DNA of 64,000 nt, from contig ADNK01001082.1 in assembly GCA_000320545.1 (NCBI GenBank), forward strand, positions 1 to 64,000. The letters run 5' to 3'. Within the stretch, counting starts at the first letter, position 1. Every line of letters begins with the position of its first letter. This document shows positions 1 to 10,714 of this stretch, piece by piece. The translations under genes and the position numbers were made by a program. The notes under the pieces were generated by a model, which worked only from the letters and a program-made list of their open reading frames with translations, did not search any database and was not told where the DNA came from. The stretch comes from Bigelowiella natans CCMP2755. Its lineage: Eukaryota; Protista; Cercozoa.

Positions 1-2747
1 TAATAACCATCGACGATTACATCCCTGTCAAATAAGAATGGAAGTGATCCTGGTACTATTACGGTGTCGCTGCTGATGATGATAGTAATATAGCTCTATC
101 GACTCTGTTGATATTGGGCTAAAACTACACGTATACCAACGAAGAAGAGAGTGTGGGTAGGGAAATGGGAGAGGAAGCAATATAACTTGGTCTCTCCTTG
201 GTGATTTATCTATTCAGTTTTCGCTCGTTGTTCCAAGCCTAATGAAATGTGGATAATGCTTCTTGAAAAGGCTTTTGCAAAGTAAGAAACAACAGTCAAT
301 ATATTGGGCTCAAATAGCGAGTTTAGTGTGTGTGAGAGAACACAAATTAAAAAGTTAAAGTTGCGATATTCCTCTTGAAATTAATCACGTTTATGATGCG
401 TTTATAAAATTGTGTGTCAGGTATATGACCTGCTATGAGGCAATAGAATTTGGATCTGTGAATAACGCTCTTGGTATGATGACAAACGGCATTGCCACAA
501 GGTAGTCACTATCGTAGCTAAACAGTTACAATATGTCGCTATGTTGTCACAGAAGATGTTGGAAAGTGTGAAGGTGCAAACCAATGCAAACCTAGAACTA
601 AAACATTGCGACTAACTGTGTATTCAAAAAGATACAACATGTCAAATCCTTCGGTAAAGAAGAAGATCAACGATGGCACGCTGTGGAATATGCTGATGCT
701 GTACAATAAAAGCGGCTTTTTAATGGGTGCGGGGACCCCAGCAGGTGAAAGGAATAAAGATCGGCTATTTGATGATAAGCATCTTAATACATGTGTAAAG
801 TAATAAGTATGCCCTTGTGGCTCTCTCTTTTAATACAAATGGGAAATTTAGGGTCTGATGACATATCCAACGCGTCTCAATGGGGAATTGTTCAAGGCCA
901 TGCGTATGCTATATTAGATGTTCTCGGTATGGATTAAAGGCACAAACGCTCTCATATTCCGCGAAGATTGAAATACCTAATATAATTTGTAGAATTGGAT
1001 GATTATCGGCTTATTCGCTTACGGAATCCATGGGGAAAGTTTGAGTGGACCGGCGATTGGTTAGTCGGAAATACAGCAAATTATATATATATATATGTAA
1101 CAACCCCTGAAAATAAAACCTATCATCACCATCATCATTTTCTTCATCTTCTTCATAATATGTTAGGTCTGATCATAGTGATACTTGGACGAGACGTTAT
1201 AAGAAGCTGGTTGAAAGGTTGCATTAGAAAATGATGAGGATAGTGGTGATGATGATGATGATGATGGCGTTTAATGGTGAAAGTAACAATACATTTACAT
1301 CAATTCAACAAATGAAAGAAAACAAGCTGTTTTTTTGGCAAAGTAGGGTTATCGAGTGTCTGAGTTCATTTATTTCTTCACATCAGAAAGAGGAAATTTG
1401 TTGCTGAAGATGATGGAGCTTTCTACATGGACTTCACAGATTTCTCCATTCATTTTCAGGTTTCTTCCTCATTTCCCAAACTTACAACCGTACGTGTGCC
1501 TAATTATTTCTTAATAAATAGGACATCTACGTGTGCAAGTTTTTTGAATCGAAGGCGGGATGGGTCACTTTCCGACCATATTTTGGAAGGTCATCGTACA
1601 CGCTATTGACATGTTAGTTGCGCAATGGTTGTGTGTGTATGCGTGAATGCGTGGATGCGTGTGTGTGTATGTGAGTGCGTTGTGTCTATGCGTCTATATA
1701 TCTATGTGTCCATTTTATCTTGTTGATCTACGTTGTCGGAAAGTACGTATTAATGAAATTATTTATGGTTATCAGATGGAACGCAACAAATTCTGGTGGA
1801 TGTTGTTCCGAGGAGATACTAAAAAGTCCACAGGTATAGAAGACACTACCAGGATTGCTGTGCTTTTGTATAGCGCCTTATTATGTTGTTGTTAACCACC
1901 TCTAGTTTCTTCTCTGGGTTCCGAAGAAGAATACACAAGTCGTTATCAATCTTATTCAGGAAGAGGTCGAATATGTTGTGCATATATTTTCATGATAACC
2001 ACACGCATAACTTTTAATCACTATTTTGCCTCAGGTTAAAGGGCAAATCGATGAGAAAACTGGGCAGCCGAAGCAATATGCGGCGATTACGATACAACTC
2101 TATGCAAATCGAGTAGTAGCCTCTTTTCTGGGGGTCTATCCCCTAGCCAATAATATATCTTCAATAATATCTTCTACACATATTTACATTTTCTTAAGTT
2201 AACTTCTGCTGCTGCTACTCAGGGGAGAAGGGTGACATATAAAAAGAGAGGGAAATTATATAGACGCGACAACCCACGATGCTCGAAGACCAAAGAAATC
2301 ACACTACAAGTGCGGCATTGCAAATAAGCCAACATCACATTCGCTCACCGAGCATCCACTTAAATGCACAAACTGACACAAACACACTTCTTGGTTTGAA
2401 AGATGTGTTTTCATTCTTTCAGACTAGACTTCCTAGATACGCAAAGAAGGGCAAGTTACTGCCATGGACCGTTCTCATTGCCACGCTAAATCCTAATGTG
2501 TGTTCGGGCTCATTCGAAGCATCATGAGCATGTTTTAACACATTTTGTTTGCGTGTGTGTAAGTGAGTGAGAGAGAGGGGGAGAGAGAGAGGGGGGGAGA
2601 GAGAGAGAGAGCATGTGGGTGTAAAAGTGAGAATATGTCCATTGTGTTCGCATGCAGGTCCGACGAGACTTCACAGTAAGAGTTTTCAGCGATCGCGGTG
2701 ATGTTAGCATCGAGGCACTTCCGCCGCCAGAGTCACAAGCAAATTAA
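1..2747 (+). CDS. Calpain-family cysteine protease (CysPc C-terminal part + domain III), 5'-truncated, ~15 exons
   Basis: Spliced exons read ITIDDYIPV..VFARCSKPNEMWIMLLEKAFAK, GIVQGHAYAILDV (catalytic His), LIRLRNPWGKFEWTGDWSD (catalytic Asn), EDDGAFYMDFTDF, WNATNSGGC..SPQFLL, and DFTVRVFSD..ESQAN* (TAA 2745-2747). Splice phases are consistent except for a 1-nt surplus at 30-32 and a non-GT donor at 2324. Confidence 0.93.
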
Positions 2748-2842
2748 AATAATAGATGACACCAAATTGTTAGATTCCATGCTAATCAGTAATCCAACCG
2801 CCGTTGGTTTTGCATGGCTAAGCCAAAAGTGTAGGATGTTTA

Positions 2843-3504
2843 CACAACGAAAAATCGACTTCGTTCATTTTTGTTGTGACAATTTGACAACGCATGCATG
2901 CACAGCAGATCACCTCATGCAATCCCCGCCCTGCCATGAATGAATGTGCGCACGGCCAATGAAAACACCACCTAGCTAGCTAGCGCTTACATGGACCATG
3001 TGTGGGACATGCTAGCATGTGAGGTGAAAGGCATGTGTGAACTAGTCGATGCACACGTTGCAGACAGCTCCAGCTTGCACGCTAGCACGCACATGGACTG
3101 TGAGTCCCCACGCGCTTGCAACTCTGCACCATGCCAGCATGCCTGTTTCACAACTGCCTTCGCTAGCTTCGGGGGTCAAACTTTTTCCCACGTCGTTGTG
3201 ACAAGTGCAAACACGAGGAACGCAGAATTGATGACATCAGCCTGCATTGTCTCGGATCACTGGATGGAGACAGCTAGACCCCTCATCTTTCACAAAACTC
3301 TGCCACTTTGATCCGCTCTGCTGCAGCGCTTTGATTTCGCTATCAGAGAGCTAGGCCATCTCACTGTCCTCCACAATGGAAGATGGATTCAAGCTTGCTG
3401 AAACATTGCTGTTGCTGTTGCCATTGTTGCTTTTCTCCTGTTCAGAGTGAGTGATCCATGTGGTCTCAAAACCCATCATGGCCAAACTGGCTTTCTTCTG
3501 GTTG
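2843..3504. other. TpA-depleted, CTAG-retaining island
   Basis: Manual count: 11 TpA in 662 nt, of which 9 are CTAG, 1 CTAT and 1 TTAC. Rich in TG/CA, CATG and TGCA. Confidence 0.85.
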
Positions 3505-3545
3505 TACCGGGTAGTGTCGCCCTTCGAGTCGCTTCGGAGAATACC
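3238..3545 (-). pseudogene. Possible decayed coding fragment, head-to-head with the JmjC gene
   Basis: After a TAG acceptor-like site the frame reads GILRSDSKGDTTRYNQKKASLAMMGFETTW...EDSEMA*LSDSEIKALQQSGSKWQSFVKDEG..., with one internal TAG at 3353-3351. No family recognised, and TpA depletion itself lengthens ORFs. Confidence 0.35.
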
Positions 3546-3632
3546 CTATGTGCTTGAATCTCTGGAAATCTCTCAAGCAACTGATCAAACACGATCGTAC
3601 TTCCCGCTCTCCCGGAAGTAGTCGCCTTAGCA

Positions 3633-4954
3633 ATGTTCCGCTCCATGCTGCTATGTTATCTAGTAGCGGTGGGATCCACTATGGACTGCGAGGGGAATGG
3701 CAATAATGTATGCAACTTTCCACATCGTCAGCGGGAGAGGCCCTTCTCTTCCTCCTCCTCCTCCTCGCCTTTGGTTTCGAAGGAATTTAATCTGGCACCG
3801 ATAGAAAGGCGAAGCGGGGAGAGCCTCTCTTTTGAGGATTTCATAAGGAATTATCATATGAAGGTATCAACTATTAATGATAGATAGTCGATGGGTTGAA
3901 TAAAAATGTCTTATTCCTCTGACTACCTTCATTGTGCTTTTTCTTCTTCTTCGATCCTTCTTCTTTGTCTTCTTCGATCCTTCTTCTTCTTCCTCTTCGA
4001 TCCTTCTTCTTCTTCCTCTTCGATCCTTCTTCTTTGTCTTCTTCGATACTTTTACTTCTGTGTTGGTGGTGCACAAATGTTATCATTAAGGATAAGCCTG
4101 TGATCATTACGAATTACACAGATGATTGGATAGTGAGAAGATGGAGTCTAGACGTATAAAAATAACCCACCCCAACAAACTCCCCGTCCTCCTTCTCCCC
4201 CGTCGCAGCATCTCGTTATTCACTCTATAGCTTACATGCGATTTGAAAATTGCTCATAGATACAAGTTGATATGATTTTTCAATTGAACTGTAAGGTAAT
4301 GAAAATGGAGTGTGGGCACATAAGAACGTCAATACTAGAGAGACTTCCAAGAGCCCTCGCGGCCCTGCCTCCGTAGGTTCAATTAAGGGAAATAATTGAG
4401 AACAAAAATGGGAGATAGGTTGCTCGAATTTCTTAATTCAATTTATACGAAACAAACAGGGGACCGGTTAAGGATGATATCAATAGAGAGCTCATGGTAT
4501 GTTCTCCACTCGATCTATAAGCTACTACACTTTTGTGTCAAATAAAATGCTGCTCCTTCATTCCTAGCCAATTTTATTGCTTTAGCATAACTAGAATATC
4601 TCAATATACGTCATAACCAGAAAAGAAGAGAAATGATAGTCATCGAGTTGCTATGTTAGTTGTCGAATGAAGAGAAATTTGTGCCCAGTGTAGTATGGGC
4701 GTCTTAATAACACTGTGTATTCGTCGTTTCGAATTTTAAATTTACTTTATTTTCTGTTGGTTCTTCCTCGTCACTTTGTTCGCTACTCCCTTTTCATTCA
4801 GCCCTCCCCCTAACTCTTCTTCTTCTTCTTCTTCTTCATAATTTCCACTGCCGATCCAATTTGTTCTCCATCTTAGTCCACATTCAACCCTACAAAGATC
4901 CCCACCTCCTCCTCCTCCTCCTCCTACACCTTCTCTTACTCCTACCCCTCCTCG

Positions 4955-4996
<42 letters not shown>

Positions 4997-6822
4997 GGAG
5001 TCATTTAACATAAGCTTTGGCAGCGTGTTGGCAGAAATGGGAAAGAAGAGGAGCCTTTATGAGTTCATAGAGATATTTCAGCACCACCACCAGCAGCAGC
5101 AGCAGAATCCCACCACCAACAATAAGGTAAATAGAGAACTGTAGTAGTAGTAGTAGTGGTAGTAGTAGTAGTAGTTAGGGAGGGAGGGAGGAGGTGGAGA
5201 ACAGAGGTCTATTTGAAGCTAGGTAGTTGTTCCCGCTGCATCTTCTTCTCGATGTGAGTTGTCGCGTACATCATCATCAAAGTTAGTAGTAGTAGTGGTA
5301 GTAGTAGTTGTAGTAGTAAGGTGCTCATTTCAGCCCTACTCAATAAGTCGCTGGGTTCAATAATTATCATCGATTTGACAGCAACTACGGTGATGATGGC
5401 TATACATTTGCTCTCCTGATTTATTTCCCCCCTCCCTCCTCCTCCTCTACCCTTCGTGTCCAAAGGATCTTAGACAACCCTCATTCCAACACATCTCGCA
5501 CTACCTGTGGCCTATGGAGATTCACGACAAAGGCATTTTGACAGCGTGTCCACAGCTTTTCAAGGTTGCTGCTCCAAAGAAGGAAGAATAACTATGACGA
5601 TAATGATAATGATAGTAATGATGACGACGATGATGACGATGACATCACGTCACCAAATACGTCACCAAATATACTCATCACCATTGCCCTGCACCGTTAT
5701 TTCTAAAAATGTGTGGGAGAAGGAATAATTCATCTTTAGAGTTATAAAACTCATTGAGTTTTGTATTACAACTACATGGTCTTCAAGTCGAAGTATTCCA
5801 GAATTCTAACAGCAAAAACACCGATGACTTTTTGTTCTGTTGACCGTGTCGCGGGATAAAAATTCTGCTCATTATCAGCATGCACTATCAGAATTCCTTC
5901 TTAAAAGCAGCTACCACTAGTATGTTGAGTTGTATGTGTCATCGTCGTCGTATTTAGGACCTCATTTATCCGAAATATATCCCACGCCATCCAATCTCTC
6001 TCGTAATGCTAACAATAGTAGTCATTCAAATAATAATAAATCATCGACCAAAATAACGAATAACACGTTTTCAAGATAAATAATCATGTATCATGCATGC
6101 GTATGTCTACTGCATATAATTTGTTTTATACCTACATGACGAGATGGTGATGATGATGGTGACGGGAATTGATTCATAGAAGAAGAGAAACATGACGAGA
6201 TGGTGATGATGATGGTGACGGGAATAGATTCATAGAAGAAGAGAAAGAGAAAATCATCGGTGAAATGTTTTGTCTGTAACACGGTGGTCGCACAACATCA
6301 TAGCACTGAATCACAGAGCAAAATTGTTCATTGGTGTGTGGTCTCGACGACGACGATAACGACGATGATGATGATAATGACGCCACCTAACTACAGCAGC
6401 CTCCTCATATACGATATATTGTATGTTGATCTTCATGATAAGTTAGTGTGAGCATTCATTCAAAATGCTGGGGATAGAGTCCCTCCTCCTACACTACCAC
6501 ACTACCATAATAGTAATAGCACTGTTGGTTTATTATATATCATCATATTTTTCTTTCAAGAATCATATATGGGACAAGTTTCTCCATCCGAGGATGTTTG
6601 TTGCACCTGCACTGTCAAGAGCGTAATACTGCTCTAATCACTACCACTTAGCATTAGCATCGATGCCACGCACATATGGCTCAGATAATTGAATTCATCT
6701 TCATTTTAAATAATAGCATGTTTGGAATGATTAAAATGTAGAGAATAGACAACATGGTGGTGAGATGATAGTCTTATTACGTGCTCTATTTCATATTTCA
6801 ACTTAGTGTGGAATTACGTATT

Positions 6823-6865
<43 letters not shown>

Positions 6866-7206
6866 AACTGTGTTATATGTTGTGTATGTGGACTTCATTT
6901 TGTGTGCAAGCACAACAACAACAGCAGCAACCACGTTATTTCCTACCACCACCAGCAGCACATGATATGATCCTAATAATATATGATATGATCCTAATAA
7001 TACATGATATGATCCTAATAATACATTATATGGGTGTTGTTGCTTAGATACCCTACACATCGGCATGGACAACCTGAACACTCCATGCTACTGATGCTAC
7101 AAGTATATATTTATATATATATATGAATACCATCGAGCATAATATATGCATAATAACAATTTATATGAAGCCTAAGGCCATACTCCAAGAGTAATAGTAG
7201 TAGTAA

Positions 7207-7250
<44 letters not shown>

Positions 7251-7327
7251 GTGGTACTAGCAGTAATCGCAGTAGTAGTAGTGAAAGTACCAGTAGAGGG
7301 AGTAGTTCCACTATGTGCTGCTTTTGG

Positions 7328-7366
<39 letters not shown>

Positions 7367-7512
7367 AGTTGTGTACGTATCTTGCTACGTGATACTGAAA
7401 CCTGAGTTGACGATAAGACGATAATATGACGATAATACGTAGGGTAGGAAGCATTTTGTGCATTGGCCAAACGATGCTGCGGAGCATCTTTATGAGGTAA
7501 TTTACATACACA

Positions 7513-7546
<34 letters not shown>

Positions 7547-7986
7547 TACTATTACAACATAACACACCCGTAGAAATGCCCCCATGCTATACTACGACAC
7601 TGCTGGCCACTCTGGCAGCTTGCCGGGTCTCTCTCTTGATATGAAGTATGAATTGATGATGATGATGAGGATGATGATGATGATAATTTCACAGATTAAG
7701 TTGGGAACACAGACAGAAACAGGTGATAGGGTGTTCATGGCAAATCCTTTTACGAATGATTCTTCCCAACAACCCGATATGGTCAAGGTTATTATTACCA
7801 TCGTCGGTTACTAGTAGTTCTTCTGTATAATGAGGCAATAATGAGAATGTTAATGCCATAGTATGATCAGTAGAAATAAATGTGTACATCTCAAAAATTA
7901 TAGTTGGGAAGATTTAACATGGATTTTTTTTAAGATGTGTTTTTGAAATTTATGTATGGATATAGCAGATATTCATAATTCCATGC

Positions 7987-8027
<41 letters not shown>

Positions 8028-9073
8028 TTTATGTGATCTTTTAACGCATAAATGTTTGATTTAAGGGTGACATACTCAATATATTCTTATACTTCCGTTG
8101 AGTACTATTGCTGTATGATCGCATTATTATGATTCTCCTGTTGTACTTACGAGCTTTTCTAACACCAGGCACAAGGCGGCTATGAGGGAGTTGTGCATGT
8201 AATAATGTACAAGAACAAGGAGAGAGAGCAAACGAAGAGGAGGAGGAGATATAATAAATAACGAAGAGGGGATCAAATCAATTTACCAACGATCACTAGA
8301 AAAAGAAGAAGAAGAGTATAAAAAAGAAAAACATAATATGATATGTTGACTCAAACTGTGTGATGTGTATTATATTATTATTATTATTATTATTATTATT
8401 ATGTGTTTCAGGAGGGAGAGCTCTTATATGTACCCCGTGGAATTCATATCATTAAAAACTTAGACGTAATCTTCATCAATGCAAGCAACCATCATATTCG
8501 CCGTATTTACACACACTCTTTATACGCTAGTATGTGTGTGAATGTATGTGGTGTACAGTCGTATGCTATTACACGTACACGTGTCTTTGCTTCTCTCTCC
8601 TCTCCCACGCTATTATTATTTCTCATTGTTTTTTGCTTCACAGGCTGTACTAGCGGTGGGATACGTGCATCAACTCGACGAGAAGGTCAAGACGTGGAAT
8701 TACGATGATTCTTTCAAAAGAGCAGGAAAACATTGTGACGTTTCGGCGCCCAAGTATCTACGACAGGTCATTATATTTGGTAGTAATTACAAAGAGAAAC
8801 GAGGGATCATGATGTCAGACCAGTACGGTGTCATTATCACCATCGTGTTCAAAATAGTTAACAGTGTTTGAAACATTGTTTGAAGTTTGGTGTTGTTTCA
8901 GAATTCTCCGAATAATATCGTGTAACTTTGTGATTTTTGGTTGTATCGGTAATAATATTGATTGTATTATGGCGCAGGTGGCTTGCTATTCGTTACAGGA
9001 TGCATCCAATTCTGCCGCTGAGGAAGATCTTCGATGGATTTTGGCCAGGCTGAACGAGGTCAAAACGAATTAA
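3633..9073 (+). CDS. JmjC/cupin-like 2OG-Fe(II) oxygenase-fold protein with N-terminal signal peptide, ~15 exons
   Basis: Exons give IERRSGESLSFEDFIRNYHMK|DKPVIITNYTDDW..W, CPQLFK|DLIYPKYIP, HPRMFVAPALSRA|YPTHRHGQPEHSMLLMLQ|GRKHFVHWP, F.ANPF, and EGELLYVPRGIHIIKNLD|AVLAVGY. This is the motif order of JmjC/Cupin_8 proteins. Hydrophobic N-terminus MFRSMLLCYLVAVGS. Confidence 0.85.
3940..4047. repeat. 23-nt pyrimidine-rich minisatellite (~4.5 copies) in JmjC intron 1
   Basis: The unit TTCGATCCTTCTTCT(TTGTCTT/TCTTCCT)C recurs with a 23-nt period. Confidence 0.9.
6134..6246. repeat. ~56-nt tandem duplication, intronic
   Basis: ACATGACGAGATGGTGATGATGATGGTGACGGGAAT(T/A)GATTCATAGAAGAAGAGAA occurs twice. 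Confidence 0.9.
6959..7025. repeat. 21-nt tandem repeat x3, intronic
   Basis: A(C/T)ATGATATGATCCTAATAAT occurs three times. Confidence 0.9.
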
Positions 9074-9229
9074 AGTAGCCTCTGTTGCATATTCTTTTCT
9101 ATTTTCTTGTGTCGGATGCATGTGTTACTTCGTATACTCGGATGGAGTAGTAATAGGCCGGAAGGGGCGCGACGAATTCAATTAAACCCGAACTAGTGTA
9201 GGATGTGCGATGTTAATTCCTTCCCATCA

Positions 9230-9465
9230 CTTTGTTAGACATGTGACGGCGTGACGAGTGAGGATCAGTGTACGCTAGACGACTAGAACGAAAACAATGA
9301 CGAGACGATGCTACTGTAGCTGCTAACAGTAGTGCGCAGCACATCTAGCATGTTTTTCTGCTAGCTGCGCGCAAGTAAATCAGTTTCACATGGTTAGTTT
9401 ATAATAGACACAGTACTATAATGTTTACCAGTATAGCAGTAGTCGTATGATAGACATGCAATGTA

Positions 9466-9500
<35 letters not shown>

Positions 9501-10430
9501 ATTGCTGTGTCCATTATTGTTCGTAGCTACCTAGCTACTATGCAGTGTGCGTGCTAGCTAGCTAGCTAGCTCGACGTGTGTGAATCGATCATGAGCGCTG
9601 CACATGTCTAGATGTCTAGATGTGGCCGCAGCATTCCAGCGTAGCATTGCACATTCACTGCCATGCCATCTCATTGTTGTCGTCTCTTCTTCTGTCATTG
9701 CATGTTTCGATCATGCATTCGCGCAAGGGCATCCATGATGATTCGGTACGTCCGTCCGGATCCGATGTCGTGCAATCAATGCACGCTAGCGCACGCAGCA
9801 GTTCTTGCTTCTTTTTCTGCATTGCACGCGCGCAGCGACATCGACTTCGCGCCTTTGGGGTACGTCAAAAGGAAGTGCACTACACGTGCGCACTTGCGCG
9901 TGTGAACACGTGCTAGACGTGGTGCGTGTTGCATGTTATGGATCAATGACGAGGGAAGTGAGCGAACGTTTCCTGTTGGGTGATGAAGCGCGCTGTGGGG
10001 CACCGCGCTTCAGACCTCCTTGCACACCAGCTTAGCCAGCACAGCAATATAACGTTGACCAACGTGAAACGACCAAGCTAGCAAGTGTCGTGATGAGCAC
10101 GTACACATCACTAGCTATAGCTAGTCATTCTAGCATTGCTCTAGCTAGTGCTCTGCTTCAGTGCTAGCTAGCTAGTCTAGTAGTCTAGCTAGCTAGTAGC
10201 GCTGCTGCTGCATCAATTGCATGTAGCAACTAGCGCATCGATGGCGGATGTCGTTTAACATGCAGACAATGCAAACATGATGAGGATTGTAGCTTTAGAA
10301 GCGACGCACTTTGCTCGTTCATCTACAAATCGCCATGTTGTGCGGTGTCTTTTACTGCATCGCCGCCAGTTGCATTTCTCCATATTTTGCCATCATCAAT
10401 TGCATTGATAATAACAATGACATTTTTTAA
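9230..10430. other. Tail-to-tail spacer (JmjC/importin) with TpA-poor core and CTAG-rich, CC/GG-poor flanks
   Basis: (GCTA)n runs. 10075-10243 has no CC or GG and about 14 CTAG. Confidence 0.85.
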
Positions 10431-10714
10431 ATGTGATTGTGTGTGTTGAAGGTCGAATCTTTTCTCCTCTAGGATCGACTCCTTCTGAGACCGACGTTGC
10501 TCGTGTTACTTCGTACGTTATGTGGGTGTTAGTGTTAAGTGTGACTGTTGTGTTGTAAGTGTTAAGGCAAACAATGCACTGCTAGGCGCTTCCGGTGCTG
10601 CTTCTATGTTGCGTGTTGTTTGGTGCGTGTAATGTTCTGTTCATGGTGCGTGTTGATGTTTTAATGTCTAATGCCGTCTCCTTATCTATCTTCAATTGAT
10701 CTTTCTGGACTTCT

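Noticed and set aside
33-35. Stop-codon reassignment to explain the in-frame TAA in calpain
   Set aside because: Readthrough gives the wrong splice phase and hits a TGA. TAA, TAG and TGA all terminate other genes in this window.
2991-3311. C/H/A/M-rich ORFs here and at 9620-10035, 16057-17500 and 41510-42191
   Set aside because: By-products of TpA depletion (few TAA/TAG/TAY codons), open in several frames, with no protein motifs.
2843-3504. Ordinary CpG-methylation decay as the explanation for TG/CA richness
   Set aside because: CpG remains common in the islands, and CpG decay would increase rather than remove TpA.
3440-3560. TGATCCATGTGGTCT and TTCGAGTC resemble tRNA/tRNA-Sec D- and T-loop motifs
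   Set aside because: No acceptor stem or cloverleaf could be built.
3940-4047. Regularly spaced repeats as a possible CRISPR array
   Set aside because: Head-to-tail minisatellite with no unique spacers, inside a eukaryotic intron, with no cas genes.
6821-7565. ORFs with VCVC/HTHT/poly-L/YIYI runs here and throughout the window
   Set aside because: Translations of intronic (CA)n, (TAG)n, (GA)n and (TA)n microsatellites.
9280-9350. ATGACG followed by a small stem in the JmjC 3' region as a SECIS element
   Set aside because: No proper SECIS core or apical AA geometry, and no in-frame TGA in the gene model.
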